DNA from: Catajapyx aquilonaris
Lineage: Eukaryota
DNA: 56,129 bases
Direction of reading: 5' to 3'
Assembly: GCA_000934665.2 (NCBI GenBank)
Contig: KZ538655.1
Coordinates: 1 to 56,129, forward strand
Below, one piece after another: positions 11,568 to 23,920 of the stretch. Below the pieces are notes generated by a model that saw only the letters and a program-made list of their open reading frames with translations, was not told where the DNA came from and searched no databases. The position numbers and the translations under genes were made by a program. The stretch's first letter is position 1. The number at the start of each line of letters is the position of its first letter.

Positions 11568-14146
11568 TTTCTTGAGCCAAAAAAATACATGACGCCAGTA
11601 GGGGAGAGTCAGGGACTTTTGATTATGTTGTTCACCATGCCAAACAGAGCCTGTGTTCAAATTTTTAGCTTTGCATTATTTTTGTCAGGGTAAAAATTTA
11701 AAACTCCTGGGCTACGGGTAGATATGGCAACCCTGCAAAAGTGACCCCTGGCGGGGTGGGTCATCGTGATCCCACGTCGAGATATGCTCAGGTGTCCAAA
11801 GAACGAGTATACCGAGTTTCATGCTTTTATCACAAAATGCAAAGTTAAAACTCTTAGCACCCGGGCTATATCAATATTCTGAAATATTTAACATGAACAT
11901 CAGTATACTGGATTAGCCTGTGAGATTTTTTAAATACACTTAGCCTTTTGTAACATGATTGGCATCGCAGAATTAAGAAATCCTAACACTTATTGCAATT
12001 ATTAAAATGTTTGGTTTGTAAACAATGAAAATCGACTTGTTAAAACTGCATACACTTTATGCAATATATGTCCCATGATGTGCACACACGAGAATATTCT
12101 GATGTGCTGTAGGCTACTGTAAAAAAAATGATGATCCCCCATCACGTCGGGATGGTTCACAATATTTTTTATAGGCCTAGCTGGTTTAGCACCCACTTGA
12201 CTGCAATGTAAGGTACTGTAGGTCTACTACAATGCGAACATGGAAAGTATGGAAGCAAGATGCCAATGAAAAAACTTCTGCCACAGAACAGAAATCTTTC
12301 TTGGTTTTTTTTGGCTATTTGATTGGAAGGGGGAAAAATTCTATTCGAACCCTATTGTCGATCTCTCCCTCTCTGCCCTCCGGTGGTCCTCCATAGAGAA
12401 AGGATGGCCAAACTGCATTTCGGCCGCAATGTTATAATAATAATAGCTACTATATATTATTATGTTTATGTAATATATGCAGAACCTCGGGTCAACGAGG
12501 CGCATGCCTGACACCTATCATTTAATACAGGAAATTTTATTACGACAGGATTCAGGATAGCAGCTCTGAGTGATTCACTGAATTTTTTCAAAGATATGAA
12601 GATTTTTTCATGTCTTTTATTATTCGACTTCGTGATTATTATACTGTGCTGATAAGCTGACATTATACCTCCAGAACGCAATTTTGGAGATGAATAGTAG
12701 CACTCTAGCCCACCTCTCTGGATTGGCAAGTTGACGGCCTCTTTTGCAAATCCACACCAGTCCTGTCAACTAGTCCAACAGGCCTGGACAACAAGAGTAA
12801 CTCCTGTTGACCTCATCGAGGCAGTGTATAGCTTTGATCCAAGACCCAATAGATTGGAAAGAGAGGGGTGGGTGGAAGTGGAGGGAAGTTTTGGAGAGTG
12901 CGATGACGACGCCCCGTGGAGGGCCAGGGGGGAGGCTTCCATTTCCTGCCTTTTCGCGCCCAAATCACCTAGAAGCCTAGCAGTCAAAGGCCTGTGTCGA
13001 TCTAATGGGGCCCGCCTGCGGGCACACGCCATTCCCTCACAATCCTCCCTGTCCATTTCGGAGGATTCAGCACACTTTCCACCCTGCCACAAAACCCAGC
13101 CCCAAAGCCAAGCCTCCGCTCCTCCCCTACCTACCAGAAGGGCGGGGAAGGGGGATATGAAGGAAATGTTGCAACTCATGTTTTCTGCCATATGAAGCTC
13201 GTTTCGCGTTACGTCAAATTATTGTCGAGTCTCTTCCTGGCTCCGCAAAGTACACGGAGCTCTTACTTTAGAGGCTGCTTTACGACATGTGATAGTAAGA
13301 CGCGAAGGCACTTCCTTTTTTACTGGATAGGAGAGGGTAAGGAGGGCGGAAATTGAATTAGAGAAGGGGTGAATCGCTAGTGGTATAGAGTGGGGGGGGG
13401 GGGAGAATTAACTTTGGGATCTTGCTGAAAGTACTGCGTTCTTAGGATACAAAGTTCAGGCCAGAAGCAAGTATAGACTACACAGTACAGTATAGTTGGG
13501 GACCATGCACGGCCAAAGGACTCGCTCAAAAATAGGTTTTCCCATGGCTTTCGGTAAAATGTAGCCGAGGTAGTCGCCTGACGCAGAAGAGAAACTAGTG
13601 TCTTCAAATAACTTTAGAAACAGGTCCACTGCATCTCTCCAAGTAAGAGTATATATGCCTATGTCCGAGCGAATCGATGCTGTCAATGACAAAGCCATAG
13701 AAGCTATAAGTCCGTAATACTGCTTAGAGTTTATGCCTTAGAGTGAATTATGGTTGATCTGGCAATATAAGGAGCATCCAAATGCATGGTATGGAATGTA
13801 TTATTTTGTGCTACAGGATGACGTGTTTATAACAAGATTTCTTTTTGAAATCAAAAAATGGCTTGTGTAGCTTCAAAATAAGAAGGACATAATAACGATC
13901 TTCTGTTTTGAACCTTCGGCATAGGAAACTGAAAGGCTGGGGTGCTACACGATACACTTCTGTTCTTGTTGGTACCGAATATCGAGCAACAATTAGTCCC
14001 CCTTCTTCAAGATAGTGTAACGTTGAGTTTGTAACATAAGTCGCTTCTCAGTTAATAAGGCAGCCATATCTGGGGATTTGCATCGCCCAAAATGTCAATA
14101 CCGACACTAGGAAAAACAGTCACATCAGAGACGTCCGATGGTGGTC

Positions 14147-15186
14147 CGACAATTGATCGGCGAATTTTCAAACGTATGGGTGCATGATTCCGTGCACCGA
14201 CTTATGCACCCTGATTTTTGAAAATTCGCCGATCAATTGTCGCTCACGGGTAAAGAATAGTTTATGCATTTCTGAAGAGGGGGCGATCCAAGGAATCTAT
14301 GGACATACCAAAACTCATAATTGGTCCAGTCCTACCTGGAGAAATTCGAGCTGGAAAATCGGAGATATGCAGTGATTCACATTTTAGGGATTTTTTTTAT
14401 TTCCAACCCTTACGTGACCTATCACAATGATGTTTTGCATGTACATGTAGTCAAAGGTGATTGCCCTACATCATAAATACCACTTAGTTAAAATCATAAT
14501 GTTATGAGTTACGGCTATCGGGTAAATATAGTGATTTACACACATACGTTTGAAAATTCGCCGTTCAATTATCGATCACGGGTAAAGAATGTGTTATGCA
14601 TTTATGAATAGAATATCATCTAAGGAATCAATTGACATATCAAAAGTCAAAATCGGTCCAGTCCTACCTGGAGAAATTTGAGCTCGAAAATCGGCAAAAT
14701 GGGGTAATTCATATTTTCGGGAATTTTTATTTCCAACCCTGCTTGACCTATCACACTGAGGTTTTGCATGTGCATTTAGGCAAAGGTGACTGCACTGTAT
14801 CCTAAATATCACTTTGTTAAAATCATAACGTTATGAGTTACGGCTATCGGGAATATAGAGTGATTTGGACATAAATGTGCGAATTTTTTGCGATGTCGTT
14901 TTTCGAGTTAGGTCGAATATTTTGCAACCATGTTATTCGACTCATCATTACCTTCCATTTGATATGTAACATGTGGGTGTTGGGAGAACAGTCTGAACAA
15001 TTAAAAATTCTTTACATGGACGTCATTGTTGAACTTTCCATTGTTATATCTCCGTGAGATTTGAGTCCAGCGGCCTCAAATTTAGGATTTCGCAATAAGG
15101 TGTCGATACCTACCTGCATGATTTTTTTCAGTTATATCGGAAGGGGTCGAGCCACCATCATTTACAGGATTGACATGGAATGACCC
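14147..15186. mobile_element. DNA-transposon fragment with hairpin and 332-bp tandem duplication
   Basis: Hairpin 14147-14242; diverged direct repeats 14217-14548 and 14549-~14872; TIR-like end tgacatggaatgaccc at 15171-15186; partner TIR not found. Confidence 0.6.
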
Positions 15187-15524
15187 AGTTGCAAACAACA
15201 ACAATCAAGGATTGTTGCCACGGTTGCCATGTTAACCAATTGCCATGTAATCTCGTTTCAATTATATGGATTCATTAAAATAAAGTTCAACAGAGCGTAC
15301 AATATCCATACACATACTTTCCTTGTCCAAATGTGGGTGCATTTGCCTCTTGTGTTCCCCACAGGGGATACCAGATTTCAACAATACTCTCAGACAAGGA
15401 ACGTAAAAAATATCCCTATATTCCTATATCGACAACATAATTATTTAGTTTTCTAAGTATTACAAACAATAAATAACAACTTATAACACTATTCAATAAT
15501 CTCAAATTAATTACTAATCATATT

Positions 15525-15796
15525 GGGCTAGTGCGTGGTTACGCCGCTGGCCAGCCAAGCGGGAGGCCGGGGTTAAAAACCCGTCCCCGTCACCTCTGCT
15601 TGGCCGGGTCTTTTTCCGCTTTTCACCCGACATGCCGGGGCAGAATCGCACTCCCTTCTCTGCTCGGGGCCAAGAGAAAAGGCCTGGTGTTAAAGAATGT
15701 CAGAAATGGCTATCGCACGGCGCCCTCCCTTGGGAACTTCCCCTTCCCCCCTAAGAGGGCCACGAGGCCTGTCACGGGTAAGAAAAAAAAATTACG
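15525..15796 (+). mobile_element. tRNA-derived SINE, family B (tail type 2)
   Basis: Body cacctctgcttgg..gggtctttttccgcttttcacccgacatg is shared with the 27531 and 28220 copies; TSD tactaatcatatt (15512-24 / 15797-809). Confidence 0.9.
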
Positions 15797-15809
15797 TACT
15801 AATCATATT

Positions 15810-16148
15810 TTTAAAAAAAAAAAAAATTTACCCCGTGAATGACCTGTTAGGTCTTTAGGGGGTGGTGGATTACCACCATTGGTATTTTTTGGAGCGTGTT
15901 AAGATGAAATCTTATTAGTGTACTCCAGGGTTTGTAGGAGGGGATGTGCAAAGTGCATGTGCGCTGTCGTTAATTGGTCATTTTTGTGAACTCCCCCGGG
16001 TGACTTAGTCTATCGGAAATTGCCACCCGAAACGAAGTCAGAGATGGCCCAACTCTGCACGAAAGAAGGTGGGAACCCCGGGTGGGGATTGAACCCGGGA
16101 CCTTAACTTCCGTGGGCGCGCGCGTTACCGCGGCGCCACTCCGTCTCC
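15810..16148 (-). mobile_element. tRNA-derived SINE, family C (tail type 2)
   Basis: Head ggagtggcgccgcggtaacg...ggttcaatcc; TSD cgtactaatcatatt (15795-809 / 16149-163). Confidence 0.9.
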
Positions 16149-16177
16149 CGTACTAATCATATTCAGAACATTCAGTT

Positions 16178-16404
16178 ATAACATCACGGCATAATCCCAG
16201 ACATGGGGTAGCCAGCGACGACTAGTTAGTGCCTAGCCGTCTCATATGACCATTACAATGACTCTTCTGGTGACTGGTCAGGCCACGCAGAAGATATAAT
16301 GAGTTTGGTTGATATAGGAGTCATTAAAATGGTCATATGAGACGGCTAGGCACACACTAGTCGTCGCTGGCTACCCCATGTCTGGGATTATGCTGTGATG
16401 TTAT
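16178..16404. mobile_element. Palindromic element, unclassified
   Basis: ~90-bp inverted arms ataacatcacggcataatcccagacatgggg... / ...ccccatgtctgggattatgctgtgatgttat. Confidence 0.8.
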
Positions 16405-17422
16405 GAAGGAATGAATGAATATTCAGAATATGAAGGTGCAGCCATTATTTCCGGGGTTAAAATTAAAACACACGTATCTTAAAAAGCCGAAGCAATATTG
16501 AGCAGGGTTGAACTTGAATCATTAGCTGTGACTCTACTGAAGGACACGTGACTATTGCCAGCTCTTTAGCAGCAGAATAACCTGCGCAAAAAATTAAAAC
16601 GTAACAAATGTGCAGGTGTCCCCTATAGGGGACGTTTGGCATATCTGGGTTAACTGTTTCTGCTTTCCAACTGCACTAAAGTAACATGATTGTACAGTAT
16701 CTTCTCACTCTCGCCGTCTACAGACATACACACTTTTTGATGATGTTTCTCTTGGAGTTGCTGCATGGAAAAAATAAGAGAAATAACTCGGTGAAGGCAC
16801 ATTCTGCCATTAAGTTCACTCTGGCCTTTTAAATGAGACACGGCGTCATTTTTGTAACTGTGGACACTCACAAGTAGCTATCCGAGTTTCACATAAGCAA
16901 CAGGCTGACTCACACAATGAAAATCTTAAGCGTACGCGTACGTAAGTGTCTCGACATTGATAATACTGTATGATCTGTCATGCTAGAGTCAATTCATCCG
17001 TTCATCTTTTTTATTTTATTTTTTTCAGTCATACGATTCAGGACTCCCATGTTGCACTGATGGCCGTAGTTTTTTGCAAGTCCTTCAAAAACAGCCTTGC
17101 AGTTTTTCGGGTTGCAAGAATCGAAATTTTAAGGTATAGGTAGGTCTACATCTTGGTGTACATGAGTGCAATATTCAAGTTTATTATATGACATGGTAGG
17201 AAAGGAATGACAAGGATACATCATCTGCCTTCGTAGGACAATATTGTGTTGCAAGAAAAGGTTCATAAATATCCCTCAAAGCTGCCCCTGAAGAAAGCCA
17301 AGCACGAAAACATATGATTCGTGTTTAAGTAGCCAACTCTTCTCAAGCGAGCAAGAAGAATTATTTATTATAGAATATACCGTACTCGTAATTGAACAAC
17401 CAAAATGAATATGCAGACTTGA

Positions 17423-17529
17423 GGTGGAATTTTCGTCGTACTACTAGTTACTTTTAACTGAGCAGTACGAGTGTAATGCAATGGTACTGCTAAGTTAAAA
17501 GTAACTAGAAGTACGACGAAAATTCCACC
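17423..17529. mobile_element. Short palindromic MITE
   Basis: 46-bp arms ggtggaattttcgtcgtact...gcagtac / gtactgc...acgacgaaaattccacc. Confidence 0.8.
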
Positions 17530-17555
17530 CATTAAATGCAGAACTATTAGAGCTA

Positions 17556-18007
<452 letters not shown>

Positions 18008-18439
18008 GTTAGAGCTACAGTATACGGTATGGGAGTAATTTTTAGACATTACGATTTCCTAGTTGGAAAACTTACATACTTAAAGGGCCACTGTCCCAAA
18101 AGTTAAACCTCGACATGACTTTCAGTGCTGGTGAACATGCAAAATATTTTTTTGAGCTTTCGAACGGAAGAAAATAATTTTTAAAGTTTAAAACTGTCGG
18201 GAGTACTTTACGGCGCTTGTGAAGTTATGTGTAACCAACATCAACAACGGAAACATCGCCTGGCCGCGCATAGGTTGTTATTTGTCACCTTCCATAGCAA
18301 TGTACGGTCCCTTCGATGCTGTCGGCTGTGACCATAATTTATTATACATACTAGTAGCACACCCGCGCTACGCTCGGCACTGTGACGCTAGATTTCGGGC
18401 TGGAATAAATGGAATGCGTAGGTCATAAAAGGTTGAGTC

Positions 18440-18654
18440 TTTTTTTAGATTATTTTATTTATTTTTTATTACCCCGTGATGACCTGTTTGGTCTATAGGG
18501 GGGTGGAATTACCACCATCGGGATTTGTTGGAGCGAGTTAAGAAGGATCTTATTAGTTTACTCCAAGGGTAGGTGGGAGGGGATGTGCAAAGTGCATGTG
18601 CGCTGTCGTTGAGTGGTCATTTTGTGAACTCCCCCGGGTGGATTAGTCTTTAGC
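18440..18654 (-). mobile_element. 5'-truncated SINE, family C (tail type 2)
   Basis: Lacks the tRNA head; 14-bp TSD taaaaggttgagtc (18426-39 / 18655-68). Confidence 0.88.
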
Positions 18655-18820
18655 TAAAAGGTTGAGTCATAAAAGCAGAGTTTTGCATGTAAAAGTGTTG
18701 TACGCAACTTGCTGAATAAGATCAGAAAGGATACGAATCCCAGAAGAAGGATCAGTAGTGGACAGAATTTACCTGGCACATTATTCATTTATTTCCCAGT
18801 TGCGACCTTTTTGACACTTA

Positions 18821-20073
18821 CGAGGGGCGTTCTAAGTTCTAAGCCCAACCATGAAGGAGGGCGAATTCTGGGAAGTAGATTGTACACCAGATAGTACCGC
18901 TTGTACGAGGACCACAGCATACTGCATCATCCAGATCGGAGTCAAATACGGGGCAGGAAAAAATCAGTTGTGGTACAAAGTGCAGATGTTTCCACCATGG
19001 GCAGTTTGGAGGAGCGCGCTGTGATATTTGACGCTGAAAAAGGTGGCTCCACAGGATATCCGTAAGGACATGTTGTCTGAGGCACTAGGGGATGATTCTC
19101 CATCATAATTTATTATGAAACTGTGAAAAGATGGCCACCTTTTTCTAAAGCTGAGCAAGAGAGCCTGGAAGATGACCCCTGCCATGGCATGTCCGCAACA
19201 GCCGTCACAGAGAAAAAGATCTATGCTGTGGAGACGATGGGGATGGGCGACAGGAGGTTGACCATCACATAGATAGCTGAGGTCATGGGCTTCAGAGTAG
19301 GTGCAGTGGAAGTCATTCTCCATCAACACCTTTGGCTCAGCGAGGTCTTTTCCCGTTGGGTACTTCGCCGCCTGACACGCTCGAGTCGGCAGAAGCAAAT
19401 TTGGAATTTTTAAAACCATGACAAACATGACATTTTCTCATGGACAGTGACCCAGGACGAAACATGGATTCCCCCTTCTCCTCTAAAATTAAAATGGCGT
19501 CAAAACAATGGAAACACTCACTCTCCTCCATGATGAAAGGTCAAGGTGCAACAGTCCACTTCCAAGGTTATTGTGAGCATTTTCTGGGATGCCGAGGGTG
19601 TTTTGATGGTGACATTCTTATCAAATGGGTGCACACTCAACGGGGAGTACTACGCCCGTCATCTCCACAAGTTGAGGGAAGAACTGAAGAAGAAGAGACC
19701 CGGAAAATTGACACGCGGTGTGCCGCTTCTGCAAGACAATTCTCCTGCACACACCACACGGGTCTCAACGGCTGCTGCTCTTTCCCGATCCTGCACCACT
19801 CACCCAATTCACCAGATATGGTCCCCTCACACTATTTTCTGTTCCCAAACATGAAAAAATAGCTTTGTGGAAGGGTCCATGGATCTGATTCTGAAGTGAA
19901 TGCCGCTGTGAACGAGATTTTGGAGGGGGTTAAGATTTTTTTATGGGATAGAGAAGCTGGAGAAACAATAAAAAATTGAACATCCATGGGAACTACGTTA
20001 AAAAATAAAATATCTGTAAGTGTATATCTCTTTTCTTTCATGGTTGGGCTTAAAACTTAATGAACGCCCCTCG
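18821..20073 (+). mobile_element. Full-length decayed mariner transposon
   Basis: TA-cgaggggcgttctaagttctaagcccaaccatgaa ... ttcatggttgggcttaaaacttaatgaacgcccctcg-TA; 1253 bp. Confidence 0.95.
18997..20008 (+). pseudogene. Mariner transposase pseudogene (irritans/Himar-like)
   Basis: Motifs EERAVI, DRRLT, RWVLRRLT, VTQDETW, SKQWKH, KVIVSIFWDAEG, GEYYA..L..LREELKKKRPGKL, LLQDNSPAHT, HSPNSPDMVPSHYFLFPNMKK, NYVKK*. Many frameshifts and stops. Subfamily call is tentative. Confidence 0.93.
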
Positions 20074-20437
20074 TACAGTCTTGAAATGTCCGTGTTCAGG
20101 CAAGAATAGTCGGGCAGGTGAAATTCAAATGGTCGTTGCCGGGCAGATGAAACAGCGTAAGGCTTGAAAATGGAGCAAGGGGACGATGGTGGTCAGAGAG
20201 TGGTGAGTGTCCTTGCCGTAGACAGCCGTACGCGTCGTGGAACACGTCGTCCCAGGCAATGTTCATTGTGAAGACACGGTGAGAACCAAGGGGTAGCTTT
20301 TCATTTATTTCCCAGCTTTCACCTTTTTGACACTTATAGCCTGTTAGAGTGAAAGCCTTGAAATATCCATGTTGAGGCGTGGAGGCTGCGAACACACCCA
20401 CTCACGTGACTATCTCCTGATGATGGTGGGGAAATGG

Positions 20438-20771
20438 CAACGAGATATAATAGGATAGAGGCCGTAAAGGTCGGCCATCTTTGGCGGCCGTGCCACTTCA
20501 CGGCAAGAACACGCGCGAATTTGAATTTGTCGTATTTCTAACCCTGTTCTCCTCTGTGTACACTCCTGCCTCCTGGCGGGGCTGGGAAGAAATTGTGACT
20601 TTCACCAGACTGCCTTTTATTCCCAGCCCCGCCAGGAGGCAGGAGTGTACGCAGAGGAGAACAGGGTTAGAAATACGGCAAATTCAAAGTTCTTGCCGTG
20701 AAGTGTCATGGCCGCCAATTGCATCAAAGATGGCCTACCTTTACGGCCTCTATCCTATTTATATCTAGTTG
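20438..20771. mobile_element. Long-arm palindromic MITE, P/hAT-like
   Basis: ~150-bp arms; termini caacgagatataa / ttatatctagttg; TSD ggaaatgg (8 bp; alternatively 10 bp gggaaatggc if the termini are moved in by 1). Confidence 0.85.
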
Positions 20772-20865
20772 GGAAATGGCGAAGTGACCCACTAACGATG
20801 GTGTGGAGGTAGTGAACACACCCACTCACGTGACTACCGCCCGATGAAGGTGTGGAAGTGACTAA

Positions 20866-21115
20866 AGGCCTCTACACAAATTCGGCGGAAAGCTGCGCGG
20901 TCGGAAAACGTGCGATTGGGGCGCGGAATGTGAGTGGTGGCAATTCACAAATTCAAGCGGTGGCGCTGCGGGCGGAAACTGGTGCGGTGGGAACCGCTCA
21001 AGTCCACCCGGATGGACTTGTGCGATTGCCACCGCTCAGTTCCGCGCCCCAAACCACGCCCCCAAGCGCACTCTTGCCGCCCGCTCAGCCTTCCGCAGAA
21101 TTTGTGTAGCGGCCT
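20866..21115. mobile_element. PIF/Harbinger MITE
   Basis: TIR aggcctctacacaaattc / gaatttgtgtagcggcct; TAA TSD. Confidence 0.85.
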
Positions 21116-21319
21116 TAAGTCACCCCCTAACGATGGTGGCGTTGAGGTTGCGAACATACCCCTAATGTGAATACCAACCGCTAGATGGTGGGGCAATGGG
21201 GAACTCCCGGCAGGCGCGGATTCAACTGGAGGGTCCATAGACTCCTGCTACCTAGAGCGGGCAGCCTGAACTAGAGGTCGGATAGCCAGCCACACGTGTC
21301 TCGCTTTATAATGGAGATA

Positions 21320-22068
21320 CATGGGTTAGACAAAATAACGGGGCCCCCTGCAAAAAGCGGGTGAATAATCTCATCCATTATACTCGAAAACTGGAAAGGT
21401 TACAGAGATGACCTTGAATGATTTTTGAAGCTCTGTCGATGTACATTTACTCACATGAAGATGATACAAAATTCACAAGACGAGGGGGAGAAACAAAAAA
21501 CGAACGCAACCCCCCCCCCCACACACACACAGACCCCATTTTTGACCAAAGTGTCCCATCCTTCTCATTTGAAAACGATATTAGTTACAGATATGAACTT
21601 TACTGGATTATGAAGCTCTATCAATGTCACTTTGTGAGGTGTAGAAATTGACCAAAATTACCGACAGGGAGAGGGGAGGAAAATANNNNNNNNNNNNNNN
21701 NNNNNNNNNNNNNNNNNNNNNNNNNNNNNNNNNNNNNNNNNNNNNNNNNNNNNNNNNNNNNNNNNNNNNNNNNNNNNNNNNNNNNNNNNNNNNNNNNNNN
21801 NNNNNNNNNNNNNNNNNNNNNNNNNNNNNNNNNNNNNNNNNNNNNNNNNNNNNNNNNNNNNNNNNNNNNNNNCCCCACCCCCTGTCGGTAATTTTTGTCC
21901 ATCCCTATACCGCACAATGTGACATCGACAAAGCTTCAAAAATCAGTATAAAGGTCATCTCTGTAACCTTTGCAGTTTTCGAGTACAATGGAGGAGAAAT
22001 AATGGGGCCCCCTGCAAAAAGCGGGGCCCGCTTTTTGCAGGGGGCCCCATTATTTTGTCTAAACCCTG
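21320..22068. mobile_element. Tc1-type long-IR element spanning the assembly gap
   Basis: TIR catgggttagacaaaataa / ttattttgtctaaaccctg; arms 21320-21450 vs 21916-22068; internal palindrome at ~21997-22055. Confidence 0.75.
21686..21872. other. Assembly gap (N run)
   Basis: 187 N's. Confidence 1.
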
Positions 22069-22449
22069 TTTATACGTATTTAAAAAAGGCTCGACTAGAT
22101 TTGCTTTGTACAACATTTACAGGTTGCGAAGATCAAATATGAGTGTCTAGTGCTAAATGAAATGGATTGTGGGTAAGTGCATCGGACTGCAATACCGCAT
22201 CATTAAGCTGCCCAGATGGTTCAAAATAATAGTGAGAGAGAAGTCACTCCAACGCTGGATTGGCAGTTGGGCGTGATTGTCTATGAAGATTTAAGAAAAA
22301 CTTACAGAAAAAATATGCAAGCCCACAAATGTATTTTGCAAAAATGAGTCACATAATCCAGATTTGGCAGTTTTTAACTTGACGACTTCCAGAACCTAAC
22401 TGGTTATTTAAATATTATTAATTCTGCCTGTGTTTTTGTCTTCAATAAG

Positions 22450-22770
22450 CTGTGGGACCAGAAGTATGTGCTTTTACTGTAACTGTGGGGACTACTGTCC
22501 CCACAATTTCTCTTGTGGGGACATTTTGGGTCCCCACATCTTCACACACCAGAACGTTACCGTTATAGTGGGGACGTCCCCACAATTTCGATTTGCAGGG
22601 TTTCACAAAAGTCAATTTCTCTCAGCCTATGTTAGTTAGGGTAGGGTAGGGTAGGGTAGGGTAGGGTAGGGTAGGTTCGTTTAGTTTACCTGTACACTAG
22701 CTTCGAAAAGTTGAGTTTTCAACGTCCCCATAGCTTATTGAGAGCAAGTGTCTGTGTGGGTGTGGGTGTG
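22450..22770. mobile_element. GGGGAC/GTCCCC-motif element with (TAGGG)n core
   Basis: Repeated tgtggggac/gtccccaca motifs in both orientations; (TAGGG)7 at 22637-22671; GT-rich right flank. Confidence 0.55.
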
Positions 22771-22893
22771 TATGGGGCTAGAGGACAAATACTAGGTAGA
22801 GAGCATCGCGTGTTAAGTCACCATTAAGAAAGATTATTTGACCTGCAAATAGGACAGATATTAATTTTCCACGATGTTTCTTATCCTGTAATT

Positions 22894-23224
22894 AGGGGAG
22901 GCGGAAAGGTACTGCAGTAACGTATGCACCCACGGATGTAATAATAGCGGGTTCGATCTCAAGCCCGGGCTTTTTCCCTTTCATCTCTTGCAGAGTTTGG
23001 TCGTCTCTGGCTTCGTCTCGGGTGGGATTCTTTGAGACTAACCACTCGGGGAGTTCGTAAATGACCATAGCAACGACATTGCACTGCACCTTGCGCATCA
23101 TCTCCTAGTCATCCTGCCCGTGGGCTTCGTTAATGGTTTCAATACTATGTACAGATTGTACACACATGTCTAATGAAGGTCCGTGCTACATTCCTCGCAA
23201 AGATGTCAAGCACTACCCGGATTA
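22894..23224 (+). mobile_element. tRNA-derived SINE, family C (tail type 1)
   Basis: B-box ggttcgatc; 13-bp TSD ttatcctgtaatt (22881-93 / 23225-37). Confidence 0.9.
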
Positions 23225-23307
23225 TTATCCTGTAATTGAAATGTGGAAAAGAAGGACTTATAAATTATATGAGTAGAATAACTGATAAAGCTGTAAATAT
23301 TTGGAAT

Positions 23308-23706
23308 TGGACGGTGTTATGCAATAATGGGTCAACCAACAAAAATGTTAAAATTGAGTTAAGCCAGGAACATACACCCAAAGGATAGTACCCGTACTTC
23401 TTTCAGTTAAAATCAAGGTGGCGAAATCTGCATACTTCTGCCACAAATGACCGAAAAGTTAACACACAAATGGTGTGCATGGTGTTATGCCATAATTTGC
23501 CAACCCACAATAATGTTAAAATTGAGCTAAGCCCAGGAACATATACCTAAAGGATCCTACCCTTTATTCAGTTAAAACACGATGGTGAAATCTGCATACT
23601 TCTGCCATAAATGACCGAAAAGAACACAGAATTAATTTCACGGGTATGACCTTAAAAGCCCTTTTTCTCAAAACTGTTCTGATGTGGGTTGACTCATTAT
23701 TGCGTA
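23308..23706 (+). mobile_element. Dispersed repeat with internal ~170-bp tandem unit, copy 1
   Basis: Reverse complement of 43281-43684; IR tatgcaataatgggtcaacc / ggttgactcattattgcgta. Confidence 0.8.
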
Positions 23707-23920
23707 ACATTATTATAATGAGAGCTTCGATTGAGCTGAAGTCGCTGGTCAGGTAAATGTCTAATAATATTTCTACAATATCTATCTTTATAAATAAAGC
23801 CGTTTGTGATCTGTCTGTCTGTCTGTCTGTCCGCCTGTAACGCCAATCGTCATTTGCCTGCCATCTGTAGTCCGTTTCCTACACCTTCAACCTCTCCCAC
23901 CGGGAACGCCACCCGTCATT

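Larger units (their letters stand above)
10292..11868 (+). mobile_element. Academ-like DNA transposon remnant with nested Helitron and palindrome
   Basis: TAG...CTA termini with patchy, gap-free TIR match (tagc-6-gctaaga-9-ttgc); 3' end tttcatgcttttatcacaaaatg...cta; internal XPG-like coding fragment. No TSD seen. Confidence 0.6.
18351..21317 (-). mobile_element. Putative non-autonomous Helitron hosting four nested elements
   Basis: Minus 5' TCtccattataaagcgag at 21317; 3' hairpin gccgagcgtagcgcggg + CTAG at 18351; A|T site. Internal repeated units at 18784-18820 / 20300-20337 and 20380-21200. Confidence 0.55.

Noticed and set aside
12731..13195. 154-aa / 141-aa ORFs (likewise 41600, 46302, 48204, 54719)
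   Set aside because: No recognisable domain; low-complexity, SINE-derived or GC-driven open frames on both strands.
15607..15625. miR-316-like sequence gtctttttccgctttt
   Set aside because: Part of the multicopy family B SINE body; no precursor hairpin seen.
18080..18110. Kolobok/piggyBac-type TTAA termini (also 16620-16653)
   Set aside because: No matching partner terminus found.
21627..22142. ORFs across the N run
   Set aside because: Open only because of the assembly gap.
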